Positions 36,247-46,531 of a stretch of 64,000 nucleotides of DNA are shown here, one piece after another. The notes below the pieces were generated by a model. It did no database searches. It saw nothing but the letters and a program-made list of their open reading frames with translations, and was not told the DNA's origin. The stretch comes from an uncultured Clostridium sp. (GTDB lineage Bacteria; Bacillota; Clostridia; Christensenellales; CAG-138): NCBI GenBank assembly GCA_964392455.1, contig CAYMPG010000009.1, forward strand, positions 6,896 to 70,895, in the 5' to 3' direction. Made by a program: the position numbers and the translations under genes. Numbering within the stretch: the stretch's first letter is position 1; every line of letters starts with the position of its first letter.

Positions 36247-39200
36247 ATGCGTAAAATTGCAGCGGCATTGTTTGCCTTGATGATTATTGCTGCGCCAATG
36301 GGCGCAGCCTTTGCCGATGAGCCGGTAAATATAGAAAACGGGGACTTTTCAGATATATATTCCGACGGTACTCCGGTGGGCTGGTATGTGGAAGCCTGGA
36401 ATGATGATACGGGGGATTACCAGGTGGATGTGGCCGAGCAGGATGGATATAACTGCCTGCATATCGTAAGCTATCAGGATAACGATGTGCGCCTGTGCAA
36501 GGAGATAGCGGTGGAGCCTGATACCTGCTACAGGATAAGCTGCGAGGTAAAGGCCATGGCGGTGGAATATGGCGCCGGTGCAAACCTTTCGGTGCTGGAT
36601 ACCTTTGCCGCATCAGAGCCGGCCTATACCAATAGCGAATGGACTCCCATAAGCCTTGTGGGGCGAACCGAAAAGGATATGGATACCATGACCCTGTGCC
36701 TGCGTCTTGGGGGCTACAGCAGCCTGTCAATGGGCGAGGCGTGGTTCAGGGAGCTTACCATAACCAAGCTGGATGAGGCCCCGGCAGATGAAACCGTAAA
36801 GGATATAGCCATCGTAAGCCTGGATAATAGCAGCAGCGGCAGCACTGGCGGGGACAGCCTGCCGGTGGGGACGATGCTGCTGGCGGTAGCCTGTACTGCG
36901 GTTGCAGGCATATTGTGCTACAGGAAGTTTATCCTGCCTAAAAACAGCATTGGCGAAGGCCGGGGAAAGGATCAGCGGGCGGCAGTATTGCTGCTGGTGT
37001 CGGCACTGTGCGTAAGGTGTGCGCTGTCCATAGCATATTATGGGCACAGCACTGATATAAACTGCTTTATGGCCTGGGCATATTACCTTGCAGAGGGCGG
37101 CCCGGGGGTATTTTACACATCCGGCTTCTTTGCAGATTATCCTCCCGGATATATGTATGCGCTGTGGCTGGCAGGGAGCATTGCAAAGGCCATGAATATC
37201 GCCTACGGCAGCACGGCATATGCCCTGCTTGTAAAGGTGCCCGCCGTAATTGCAGACCTTGGCGCAGCCTATATTGTATACAGGCTGGCCTCGAAGCGCT
37301 ATTCTGAAAGCACTGCACTGGCACTGATGGGCCTTGTGGCCTTTAATCCGGCAATGGCCTTCATATCCGGCGGCTGGGGCCAGGTGGATCAGGTTCTTAC
37401 CATGCTGCTGCTGCTTACTGTGTATCTCTTTGAGGAGGACAGGCTGGAGCTTGCTGGCATAGTATATGGCGCAGCCATAATAACAAAGCCTCAGGCCCTT
37501 ATGGCAGGGCCGCTGCTGGCTGCTGCATATTTTGCAAAGGTATATTCCGGCGGCAGGAAATACGTCCTGCGGACGCTTCTTTCAGTGGCAGGGGCGGTGG
37601 CAGCCATATTTGCCATATCGCTGCCCTTTAAGGGCACGCAGGAGCCGCTGTGGTTTATAGGCAAGCTGGTGGGCACTGCCACCTCATATCCATATGCCAG
37701 CATAGAGGCCTTTAACCTTATGGCGCTGCTGGGTGGAAACTGGGCCTCTGTGAATAGCGATCTGCTGGGCCTTACCTATGGCGCATGGGGCAGCATAATG
37801 ATAGTGCTGTCCTGCGTGGGCTCCATATGGCTGTACCTCAGGGCAAAAAAAGAAAAGGGCTGCCTTGCGCTGTGCATGGGGCTGCTGCTTGCTGCCCTCT
37901 TTACACTGGGGCAGTATATGCACGAAAGGTATGTATTCCCGGTGCTTATGCTGGTGATGGCTGCATTCCTCTGCTATGGGGACAGGCGGCTTATAATCGC
38001 CTACATAATCTTCACCTGCTCGCTGCTGCTGAATACCATTGCGGCCTTTGTAATAACCGACAATGTGAGCTGGCGGGGCAGCGGCTATGATTTTATCACC
38101 TTCCTGGGCAGCATTATGACGGTGGCGGCCTTTGTATACCTTGCACAGGTGAGCATTGAGCTGCTTACAGGCAAAAAGCGGCAGCCCGCCTTTACATACA
38201 GGAGGGCCAATGCTGAAATCACCCTTAAGGGCGGCGAGCCCATGCCGGGATTCAGCAAAAAGGACAGGATATACTGCCTTGGCCTTACCGTAATATACGG
38301 GATAATAGCCCTTGTGAACCTTGGCAGCACCCAGGCCCCCCAGACATACTGGCGGGGAGGCTGGCAGAGCGAGGCTGCAAATATCACCTTTGACGGCAGC
38401 GTCACCATAGCCGAGGTGAGGGTGTTTGGCGGCATAGATGAAGGCCGTGCCGTTTTTACCTTTGACAGCGGCGATACCATTGAATATCAGCAATACAATA
38501 GCGATATGTATCGCTGGGAAACCATAAGCCAGGGCCCTGTAACTGCATCAGGTGTGAGCATTTCCGTGGATTACGGCGGGATATGGCTTAATGAAATAGC
38601 CTTCTTTGATGAAAATGGGCAGCTTATCCCCGCATATTCACAGAATGCTCCGGAGCTTGTGGATGAGCCGAATATGATACCCGAGGTGCCATCCTACCTG
38701 ACCGGTATGTATTTCGATGAGCTGTATCATGGGCGCACTGCCTATGAGCATCTTCACGGGCTGGAGCCATACGAAAACTCCCATCCGCCCCTTGGCAAGG
38801 TATTCATAATGCTGGGCATAGCGGTGCTTGGCATGAATCCTCTGGGCTGGCGTATAGTGGGGGCGCTGTTTGGCATAGCCATGGTGCCGATAATGTACGC
38901 CTTTGGAAGAAGGCTGTTTAAGAGCAGCGAGTATGCGCTGGTGGGCGCAGGGGTGTTTGCATTTGATTTTATGCACTATACCCAGACTCGCATTGCCACT
39001 ATAGACGTATATGGCGTATTCTTTATAATACTGATGTATTACTTCATGTATCAGTATTATTGCATGAATTTTCATACCGATGGCCTTAAGGCCACGCTGA
39101 AGCCCCTTGGCCTTGCAGGGCTGTTCTTCGGCCTTGGAGCTGCCAGCAAGTGGATATGTATATACGCAGGGGGCGGCCTTGCAGTGATACTGTTTACGTC

Positions 39201-39951
39201 GCTGTATAAGCGATACAGGGAGTATATTACATTCAGCCAATCCGATGACAGGGCTCAGCGGGAGGCGGTAAAGGATTTCAGGCGCAATACGGTGCTGACG
39301 CTGCTGTGTTGCTGCGTGTTTTACATTGCAGTGCCGGTGGCAATATATATTGCCAGCTACATACCCTATATGCTGTGCGAATCTCCGTATGATTTAAGGG
39401 GCATATGGGGTGTGCAGGAGTTTATGTTCAGCTATCACAGCGGCCTTACCGCTACCCATCCCTATCAGTCCTCCTGGTGGCAGTGGCCGCTGGATATGAG
39501 GCCGGTATGGTACTTCATAAATTACAGCCTGCCTGAGGGCATGAGCTCTACTATCTCCGCCTTTGGCAACCCGGCCGTATGGTGGACGGGCTCCATAGGC
39601 ACAGTCCTGCTCATTGCAAGGCTGCTCAATGGAAAGCAGAGGGGAGATAAGAGCACATTTGTGCTGCTGGTGGGCCTTGGGGCAAATTATATACCCTGGG
39701 TGCTGGTGAGCCGCTGCACGTTTGCCTATCATTTCTTTGCAAGCGTCCCCTTTATAGTGCTGCTTACGCTGTGGCTTATAAAGGAGACAGAGCGGCGCAG
39801 GCCGGAGCTTGGCTGGATAAAGTGGGCATGGCTGGCGGCGGCAGTAATATTGTTTATAGTGTATTACCCGGTGATATCCGGCCTCCCTGCGCCTACCTCA
39901 TACATTAAGGCGCTGGAGCTGCTGCCGGGCTGGGATTTCCTCGGATACTGA
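36247..39951 (+). CDS. Giant membrane glycosyltransferase: CBM-like domain, GT-C module, discoidin-like domain, then a GT39 (PMT-type) module
   Basis: 1234 aa. Signal peptide (AAPMGAAFA). Jelly-roll-like extracytoplasmic domain (ENGDFSD...GWYVEAWNDD...). Polytopic module 1 (STDINCFMAWAYYLAEGG...FFADYPPGYMYALWL). Soluble insert (around aa 690-800; RVFGG...GIWLNEIAFFDENG). Module 2 carries the PMT hallmarks YFDELYHGRTAYE, NSHPPLGK, WRIVGALFG and C-terminal SSWWQWPLDMRPVWYF. Confidence 0.8.
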   Translation: MRKIAAALFALMIIAAPMGAAFADEPVNIENGDFSDIYSDGTPVGWYVEAWNDDTGDYQVDVAEQDGYNCLHIVSYQDNDVRLCKEIAVEPDTCYRISCEVKAMAVEYGAGANLSVLDTFAASEPAYTNSEWTPISLVGRTEKDMDTMTLCLRLGGYSSLSMGEAWFRELTITKLDEAPADETVKDIAIVSLDNSSSGSTGGDSLPVGTMLLAVACTAVAGILCYRKFILPKNSIGEGRGKDQRAAVLLLVSALCVRCALSIAYYGHSTDINCFMAWAYYLAEGGPGVFYTSGFFADYPPGYMYALWLAGSIAKAMNIAYGSTAYALLVKVPAVIADLGAAYIVYRLASKRYSESTALALMGLVAFNPAMAFISGGWGQVDQVLTMLLLLTVYLFEEDRLELAGIVYGAAIITKPQALMAGPLLAAAYFAKVYSGGRKYVLRTLLSVAGAVAAIFAISLPFKGTQEPLWFIGKLVGTATSYPYASIEAFNLMALLGGNWASVNSDLLGLTYGAWGSIMIVLSCVGSIWLYLRAKKEKGCLALCMGLLLAALFTLGQYMHERYVFPVLMLVMAAFLCYGDRRLIIAYIIFTCSLLLNTIAAFVITDNVSWRGSGYDFITFLGSIMTVAAFVYLAQVSIELLTGKKRQPAFTYRRANAEITLKGGEPMPGFSKKDRIYCLGLTVIYGIIALVNLGSTQAPQTYWRGGWQSEAANITFDGSVTIAEVRVFGGIDEGRAVFTFDSGDTIEYQQYNSDMYRWETISQGPVTASGVSISVDYGGIWLNEIAFFDENGQLIPAYSQNAPELVDEPNMIPEVPSYLTGMYFDELYHGRTAYEHLHGLEPYENSHPPLGKVFIMLGIAVLGMNPLGWRIVGALFGIAMVPIMYAFGRRLFKSSEYALVGAGVFAFDFMHYTQTRIATIDVYGVFFIILMYYFMYQYYCMNFHTDGLKATLKPLGLAGLFFGLGAASKWICIYAGGGLAVILFTSLYKRYREYITFSQSDDRAQREAVKDFRRNTVLTLLCCCVFYIAVPVAIYIASYIPYMLCESPYDLRGIWGVQEFMFSYHSGLTATHPYQSSWWQWPLDMRPVWYFINYSLPEGMSSTISAFGNPAVWWTGSIGTVLLIARLLNGKQRGDKSTFVLLVGLGANYIPWVLVSRCTFAYHFFASVPFIVLLTLWLIKETERRRPELGWIKWAWLAAAVILFIVYYPVISGLPAPTSYIKALELLPGWDFLGY

Positions 39952-39958
39952 TAAAATT

Positions 39959-40369
39959 ATGGAGAACGGTATGAAGGGCATAGGACATGGCCTGAGGCAG
40001 CTTATAAAGTATGGGCTGGTGGGCGTTATGAATACGGCAGTGGATTTTCTGGTCTACCAGCTCCTTACCTTTCTTGGGGTGAATTATGCCATAGCCCAGT
40101 GTGTATCGTATAGCTGCGGCATACTTAACAGCTATCTTTTTAACAGCCGCTGGACCTTTAAAGAAACTGCAAGGCATGAGCGCAGGGAGTTTATCTCATT
40201 TGCGGCGGTAAATATCCTATCGCTGGGCATATCTGTGGCGCTGCTGAAGGTTTGCTACGATGCTCTTGGCATACAGAGCGACCTTATAAGCAAGGCCATA
40301 GTGACCCCCATAGTAATGGTCATCAATTTTATAGGCACAAAGCTTCTGGTTTTTAAAAAAACAAAATAA
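39959..40369 (+). CDS. GtrA family protein (polyprenyl-phosphate-sugar translocation)
   Basis: 136 aa with 4 TM helices. LIKYGLVGVMNTAVDFLVYQLL and the FxxNxxWTF-like motif YLFNSRWTF. Confidence 0.88.
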   Translation: MENGMKGIGHGLRQLIKYGLVGVMNTAVDFLVYQLLTFLGVNYAIAQCVSYSCGILNSYLFNSRWTFKETARHERREFISFAAVNILSLGISVALLKVCYDALGIQSDLISKAIVTPIVMVINFIGTKLLVFKKTK

Positions 40370-40390
40370 ACAGATCCGGAGGAACAGCCC

Positions 40391-41917
40391 ATGCTTGCTA
40401 AGCTCAAAAGCTACGGACTGTATGGCCTGGATGGCTTCATGGTAACTGTGGAGGTGGACGTGAGCAACGGCCTTACCACATTTGAGATCGTGGGGCTGCC
40501 CGATGCGGCTGTGCGGGAATCACGGGAGCGTGTTCGTGCTGCCATAAAAAACAGCGGCTACACCTTTCCCATAGGGCGGGTGACTGTAAACCTTGCCCCG
40601 GCAGACAGGAAAAAAGAAGGCTCCGTATACGATTTGGCCATTGCCTTGGGCATACTGGCTGCTACGGAGCAGATACCCCACCTGCTGCCTGAGTATATCT
40701 ACATAGGCGAGCTTGCGCTGGATGGGTCTATACGGGGCATAAACGGCCTGCTGCCCATGGTGATAAGCGCATATTCCGAGGGGATGGATACCTTTGTGGT
40801 GCCGGAGGAGAATGCGGGAGAGACCAGCTATATAGATGGGGTTACCGCCTATGGTGTGGGCAGCCTCAGGGAGGCGGGGGATTTTCTCAGCGGCAGCATA
40901 CGCCTTGAGCCCCAGCAAAAGCGAAAGTGGAGCCCGGCACGGCTGAGCTATGGCAGCGATTTTTCCGAAATAAAGGGCCAGTATGCTGCAAAGCGCGCTG
41001 CGGAGATAGCTGCGGCAGGCGGCCATAATATGCTGCTGGTAGGAACGCCCGGGTCAGGCAAGACAATGCTTGCAAAGAGCATGCCCTCAATACTGCCTGA
41101 GCTTACCTTTGAGGAGGCGCTGGAGATAACTAAAATACAATCCATCACCGGCAGCATGACCGGCGATGATGGCATAGCCTGCGAAAGGCCATTCCGCTCG
41201 CCACATCATTCCGCATCCACTGCGGCGCTGGTGGGCGGCGGGCAAAAGGCCCAGCCGGGAGAAATAAGCCTTGCACACTGCGGGGTGCTGTTTCTTGATG
41301 AATTTCCGGAGTTTCAAAAGGATGTGCTGGAGGCGCTGCGTCAGCCCCTTGAGGATGGCATGGTAAGCGTGACGAGGGCCAGCTTTAAGGCCACATACCC
41401 TGCGGACTTTATGCTGATAGCTGCAATGAACCCCTGCCCCTGCGGATACTTTGGCAGCCGCACCCAGGAATGCCGCTGCAAGCCCTATGAGGTATCCCGC
41501 TACAGGGGGCGCATCAGCGGCCCCATGCTGGACAGGATAGATATGCATGTGGAAATGGCAGAGGTCGGGTATTCGGATATTACCTCAAAGAGCCCGGGCG
41601 AAAGCTCCGCAGCCATACGGGAGAGGGTGGATGCTGCCCGCAGGATACAGCGGGAGCGGTATAAGAATGACGGTATAATATCCAATTCCCAGCTCACCTC
41701 CCGCCTTGTGAAGAAATACTGCAGAATGGATGAAAAGGCTGAAAACCTCATGAAGCAGGCCTACACCAAGATGAACCTCAGCGCCAGGGCCTATAATAGG
41801 ATAATGAAGGTGGCCCGCACGATAGCAGACCTTGATGGCGGCGGGGATATAACCTCCACCCACATGGCGGAGGCCATACAATACCGTTCTGTGGATAAAA
41901 AGTACTGGGGAGGCTAA
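40391..41917 (+). CDS. comM: YifB/ComM family Mg-chelatase-like AAA+ ATPase
   Basis: Lon-protease-like N-terminal domain, Walker A GTPGSGKTM, LFLDEFPEF, and a C-terminal SARAYNRIMKVARTIADLDG. Confidence 0.93.
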   Translation: MLAKLKSYGLYGLDGFMVTVEVDVSNGLTTFEIVGLPDAAVRESRERVRAAIKNSGYTFPIGRVTVNLAPADRKKEGSVYDLAIALGILAATEQIPHLLPEYIYIGELALDGSIRGINGLLPMVISAYSEGMDTFVVPEENAGETSYIDGVTAYGVGSLREAGDFLSGSIRLEPQQKRKWSPARLSYGSDFSEIKGQYAAKRAAEIAAAGGHNMLLVGTPGSGKTMLAKSMPSILPELTFEEALEITKIQSITGSMTGDDGIACERPFRSPHHSASTAALVGGGQKAQPGEISLAHCGVLFLDEFPEFQKDVLEALRQPLEDGMVSVTRASFKATYPADFMLIAAMNPCPCGYFGSRTQECRCKPYEVSRYRGRISGPMLDRIDMHVEMAEVGYSDITSKSPGESSAAIRERVDAARRIQRERYKNDGIISNSQLTSRLVKKYCRMDEKAENLMKQAYTKMNLSARAYNRIMKVARTIADLDGGGDITSTHMAEAIQYRSVDKKYWGG

Positions 41918-41920
41918 GCC

Positions 41921-43024
41921 ATGGATTCGCAGAGAAGATACAGGCTGTGGCTCGCCTTTGCCATGGGAGACAGGATAAAGCGGCAGGCTGACCTTTTGCA
42001 GGAGCATGGGGATGCGGAGGCCGTATTCAATGCGGCCCGGGAGGGCGCCCTTAAGCCAAGGCTGCATACTGACGAGGCGCTGTTTGCCATGCTTGGGAGC
42101 AAGGCAAACCAGGACTATATTGACAGGTGCCTTGCATACCTTGATAAAAACCGCATTACGCCCCTGCTTATGGAGGATGCAGGCTATCCTGAGCTGCTGA
42201 AGGAAATATATCTGCCCCCTGCATTGCTGTATGTAAAGGGCAGGCTGCCTGAGCGTATACCTCTGCCGATAGCCGTTATAGGCTCACGGCAATGCTCAAA
42301 GTACGGGGCAGAGGTGGCAGAGATGCTTTCTGCTGAGCTTGCAGCAAGCGGAGTATGCGTGGTATCCGGCCTTGCCTATGGCATAGACTGCATATCTGCA
42401 CGGGCTGCCCTGTCCAGCGTCCCAAAGAACAGCTTTCCTACGGTGGCGGTGCTTGGCAGCGGCGTGGACGTGGTGTATCCCCATGAAAACAGGGGCCTTT
42501 ATGATGCTATCTGTGAACGGGGCGCAGTCATTTCGGAATTCCCTCCGGGCACTGCCCCGGATAGATTTAATTTTCCCAGGCGAAACAGGATAATATCCGG
42601 AATGTCAAGGGGAGTGCTGGTGGTGGAGGCGGCAGTAAAAAGCGGCACACGCATCACCGTGGATCATGCCCTTGAGCAGGGCAGGGATGTATTTGCCGTG
42701 CCGGGGCGCATTACGGACGACACCTGCTGCGGCACAAATGAAATGATAAGAGACGGCGTTGCAAAGCTGGTAAACGAGGCAAAGGATGTGCTGGTGGAGT
42801 ACGGCGTGGATGTGGCTGCGGCGAAAAGGGCAGAAAGTATAGACGAATCAGCCCTTCCCATACAGGGGCTGCTGGTGGTGAACCTGCTTAAGGCGGGCAA
42901 AAGAACCGTAGATGAGCTGCGGGAAATGACGGGCATGGATATGGGCTTATTAAATTCCACCTTGACAGAGATGGAAATTTCGGGAATAATTAAGCAATCG
43001 CCCGGAAGGCTTTATTCATTATAA
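41921..43024 (+). CDS. dprA: DNA processing protein DprA (Smf)
   Basis: IAVIGSRQCSKYG, GLAYGID, RNRIISGMS and VVEA..KSG motifs. Confidence 0.93.
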   Translation: MDSQRRYRLWLAFAMGDRIKRQADLLQEHGDAEAVFNAAREGALKPRLHTDEALFAMLGSKANQDYIDRCLAYLDKNRITPLLMEDAGYPELLKEIYLPPALLYVKGRLPERIPLPIAVIGSRQCSKYGAEVAEMLSAELAASGVCVVSGLAYGIDCISARAALSSVPKNSFPTVAVLGSGVDVVYPHENRGLYDAICERGAVISEFPPGTAPDRFNFPRRNRIISGMSRGVLVVEAAVKSGTRITVDHALEQGRDVFAVPGRITDDTCCGTNEMIRDGVAKLVNEAKDVLVEYGVDVAAAKRAESIDESALPIQGLLVVNLLKAGKRTVDELREMTGMDMGLLNSTLTEMEISGIIKQSPGRLYSL

Positions 43025-43101
43025 TAATGGCACCGGCCTGTGCAAGGCCGGGGGCAGGCACAGCGCCTGCTCAAGGCCAGTGAAAACACGGAGGTAGCAA
43101 C

Positions 43102-45198
43102 ATGTCAGAGATGCTGGTGATCGTCGAGTCCCCTGCAAAGGCCAAGACGATAGGCAAGTTTCTTGGCAGTAAATATAAGGTAGTGGCATCAAATGGCCAT
43201 GTGAGGGATCTGCCCAAGAGCCAGCTGGGGGTGGATGTGGACAATAACTTTGAGCCCAAGTATATCACACTCAGGGGCCGTGGCGATGTTCTGGATACCA
43301 TACGCAAGGAAGCAAAGAACGCAAAAAAAATTTATCTCGCAACCGACCCTGATATGGAAGGCGAAGCCATATCCTGGCATCTTGCTCATATCCTTAAGCT
43401 GGATACAGAATCCCCATGCAGGATAGTATTCAATGAAATAACCGCCAATACGGTAAAAAAATCCGTAAAGGCGCCCCGTGCCATAGATATGGACCTTGTG
43501 GATGCCCAGCAGGCAAGGCGTGTGCTGGACAGACTGGTGGGCTACAAAATCAGCCCCATACTCTGGGCAAAGGTACGCAGGGGCCTTTCTGCGGGCAGAG
43601 TGCAGTCCGTGGCTACCCGCATAATATGCGACAGGGAGCAGGAGATAATGGACTTTATTCCCGAGGAATACTGGACCATTACTGCAAAGCTCAAGGTAAA
43701 GGGCGCACGCAAGCCGGTGGAGGCCCGCTTTTACGGCTTTGATGGAAAAAAGGCAGAGGTCAGTGACGAGGCCAGCGCAAAGAATATAATAAGCCGCTCC
43801 GGCAGGGATTTTACCGTGACCGATGTAAAGGTAAGCGAAAAATCCCGCCATGCTCCCGCCCCCTTTACCACCAGCAGCATGCAGCAGGAGGCTTCACGCA
43901 AGCTGGGCTTTACCACAAAGCTCACCATGATGATAGCCCAGCAGCTCTATGAGGGCGTGGAAATCCAGGGCAAGGGCACTACCGGCCTTATAACCTACAT
44001 CCGTACCGACTCCGTGCGTATATCCGAGGAGGCCCAGCAGCAGGCGCTGGAATATATCCGCAAGCAGTACGGCCCGGAGTACGCACCTGCAAAGCCCAAT
44101 ATATACAAGGGCCGCAAGGGTGCTCAGGATGCCCATGAGGCAATTCGCCCTGCATATATAGACCTTACTCCCCAGGCTGTAAAGCCGTCGCTCAATGCCA
44201 GCCAGTATAAGCTGTATAAGCTGATATATGAGCGCTTTGTTGCAAGCCAGATGTCCGAGGCAAGGCTGGAGACTACCTCAGCCTCCCTGGATGCAAACGG
44301 CTGCACATATAAGGCCTCCGGCACCAAGACTCTGTTCCCCGGCTATACTGCCGTGTATACCGAAGGAAGGGATGATGAAGGTGAGGCGGAAACTGCGCTG
44401 CCGGCAGTAAGTGCAGGGGATAGCCTTAAGGCGGATACCGTGGAGAGCGAGCAGCACTTTACCCAGGCCCCTCCAAGGTATACTGAGGCTTCGCTGGTAA
44501 AGCTGCTGGAGGAAAAGGGCATAGGCCGCCCGAGTACCTACGCCCCCACGATTTCCACCATAATCGAGCGTGGCTATGTACACAGGGAAAAGAAGCAGCT
44601 CATTCCCACTGAGCTGGGCTTTGTGGTCACCCGCATAATGAAGGAAAACTTCAGCGATATAGTGGATGTGAAGTTTACTGCGGATATGGAAAGCAAGCTC
44701 GACCTTATCAAGGATGGCGAGCGGGAATGGAGCAGCGTGATAAAGGACTTTTACGGCCCCTTCAAGCTGACCCTTGACAAGGCCTCGGAGAGCATAGAAA
44801 AGGTAGTGATACCAGATGAGGAATCCGATGTGCCCTGCGAAAAGTGCGGCGCGATGATGGTATACAAGATGGGACGCTTCGGTAAATTCCTTGCCTGCCC
44901 CAATTTCCCGGAGTGCCGCAATACAAAGGCCATAGTGGAAAAGATAGACGTGCCCTGCCCGGTATGCGGCGGGGATATGATAAAGCGCAAGTCCAAGCGG
45001 GGCAAGGTGTTTTACGGCTGCGAAAAGTATCCTGAGTGCAGCTTCGTATCATGGGATAGGCCGGCAAAGGAAAAGTGCCCCAAGTGCGGCGCCATGATGG
45101 TGCATAAAACAGGGCGCAGCGGCAATTATACCGCCTGCACCGGCGAGGGCTGCGGCTACATCAGCCGCCCGGAAAAGAAGGAGAGCAGGGAAGAATGA
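43102..45198 (+). CDS. topA: Type IA DNA topoisomerase I
   Basis: TOPRIM LVIVESPAKAKTIGKFLG, DPDMEGEAISWH, the catalytic GLITYIRTDS, and three C-terminal CxxC...CxxC zinc ribbons. Confidence 0.97.
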   Translation: MSEMLVIVESPAKAKTIGKFLGSKYKVVASNGHVRDLPKSQLGVDVDNNFEPKYITLRGRGDVLDTIRKEAKNAKKIYLATDPDMEGEAISWHLAHILKLDTESPCRIVFNEITANTVKKSVKAPRAIDMDLVDAQQARRVLDRLVGYKISPILWAKVRRGLSAGRVQSVATRIICDREQEIMDFIPEEYWTITAKLKVKGARKPVEARFYGFDGKKAEVSDEASAKNIISRSGRDFTVTDVKVSEKSRHAPAPFTTSSMQQEASRKLGFTTKLTMMIAQQLYEGVEIQGKGTTGLITYIRTDSVRISEEAQQQALEYIRKQYGPEYAPAKPNIYKGRKGAQDAHEAIRPAYIDLTPQAVKPSLNASQYKLYKLIYERFVASQMSEARLETTSASLDANGCTYKASGTKTLFPGYTAVYTEGRDDEGEAETALPAVSAGDSLKADTVESEQHFTQAPPRYTEASLVKLLEEKGIGRPSTYAPTISTIIERGYVHREKKQLIPTELGFVVTRIMKENFSDIVDVKFTADMESKLDLIKDGEREWSSVIKDFYGPFKLTLDKASESIEKVVIPDEESDVPCEKCGAMMVYKMGRFGKFLACPNFPECRNTKAIVEKIDVPCPVCGGDMIKRKSKRGKVFYGCEKYPECSFVSWDRPAKEKCPKCGAMMVHKTGRSGNYTACTGEGCGYISRPEKKESREE

Positions 45199-46496
45199 GC
45201 CAAATTGCCAGGGTGATAGGTGCCGGCCTTGCAGGAAGTGAGGCGGCGTGGCAGCTTGCAAACAGGGGCATAAAGGTGGAGCTTTATGAGATGAAGCCCA
45301 TACGCCGCTCCCCTGCCCATCACAGGGATACCTTTGCGGAGCTGGTATGCTCAAACTCTCTCCGCTCAGACCGGCTGCAGAATGGGGCCGGCCTTATGAA
45401 GGAGGAGATGCGCCGCCTGGGCTCCGTAATAATGGAGTGTGCCGATGCCTGCCGTGTGCCTGCGGGGGGTGCGCTTGCGGTGGACAGGGAGGGCTTTACC
45501 TCCATGGTAACGGAAAAAATAGCCTCCCACCCCAATATAACCGTAATACATCAGGAGATCACCTCAATACCTGAGGCCCCGGCAATAGTGGCCACAGGCC
45601 CCCTTACGGACGGGGAGCTGTATGGCGCCATTGAGGAGCTCTTTGGCATAAGCCTGCATTTTTATGATGCGGCGGCACCTGTTGTAAGGGCAGATTCACT
45701 GAATATGGATAAGGTGTTTCGTGCATCCCGGTATGAGCGGGGCAGCGATTACCTTAATTGCCCGATGAGCAGGGATGAATACTTTACCTTTGTGCATGAG
45801 CTGGTGAATGCGGAGACCGCTCCCCTTAAGGAATTTGAGACCCCAAGGGTATTTGAGGGCTGCATGCCCGTTGAGATAATGGCGAAGCGAGGGGATATGA
45901 CCCTTGCCTTTGGCCCGCTAAAGCCGGTTGGGCTCAGGGATGAGCGCACAGGGGCAAAGCCCTTTGCAGTGGTGCAGCTCAGGCAGGATGATGCCGAGGG
46001 TGAGCTGTACAATATAGTGGGCTTCCAGACAAACCTCAAGTTTCCGGAGCAGCGCAGGGTATTTGGCCTTATACCGGGGCTGGAAAATGCAGAATACGCA
46101 AGATACGGCGTGATGCATCGCAATACCTTTATAAATTCCCCCGGCAGGCTGGATTGGCGCTATAATGTAAAGGCTGCCCCGGGGCTGTATTTCGCCGGGC
46201 AGATGACAGGCGTGGAGGGCTACGTTGAAAGCGCAGGCAGCGGCCTTGTTGCAGGCATAAACCTTGCCCATGAGCTGCTTGGTAAACCCCCTGTGGATTT
46301 CACCCGGCAGACCGCATTGGGTGCAATGGCCCACTATGTATCAGATTACTGTGGAAATGACTTTCAGCCAATGAATATAAACTTTGGCATAATGGATACC
46401 ATTGCAGATGCCCCGAGAAAAAAGGAGGAACGCTATACCCTTATTTCAGAGCGGGCGCTGTCAGTAATTGATGGCATAAAATCGAACATGCTGTAA
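45195..46496 (+). CDS. trmFO: Methylenetetrahydrofolate-tRNA-(uracil54-C5)-methyltransferase TrmFO
   Basis: VIGAGLAGSEAAWQLA, CSNSLRS and GQMTGVEGYVES motifs. There is an ATGA overlap with topA. Confidence 0.95.
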   Translation: MSQIARVIGAGLAGSEAAWQLANRGIKVELYEMKPIRRSPAHHRDTFAELVCSNSLRSDRLQNGAGLMKEEMRRLGSVIMECADACRVPAGGALAVDREGFTSMVTEKIASHPNITVIHQEITSIPEAPAIVATGPLTDGELYGAIEELFGISLHFYDAAAPVVRADSLNMDKVFRASRYERGSDYLNCPMSRDEYFTFVHELVNAETAPLKEFETPRVFEGCMPVEIMAKRGDMTLAFGPLKPVGLRDERTGAKPFAVVQLRQDDAEGELYNIVGFQTNLKFPEQRRVFGLIPGLENAEYARYGVMHRNTFINSPGRLDWRYNVKAAPGLYFAGQMTGVEGYVESAGSGLVAGINLAHELLGKPPVDFTRQTALGAMAHYVSDYCGNDFQPMNINFGIMDTIADAPRKKEERYTLISERALSVIDGIKSNML

Positions 46497-46501
46497 ATAT
46501 T

Positions 46502-46531
46502 CAGGCCCTTATAACATATGGGCCTGTTTTT
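46502..46531 (+). terminator. Intrinsic terminator after trmFO
   Basis: CAGGCCC-ttataacatat-GGGCCTG-TTTTTAT. Confidence 0.75.

Noticed and set aside
41890-41898. Perfect DnaA box (TTATCCACA, reverse orientation) suggesting an origin.
   Set aside because: It is a single copy inside the comM coding sequence, with no cluster, no AT-rich unwinding element, and no dnaA/dnaN nearby.
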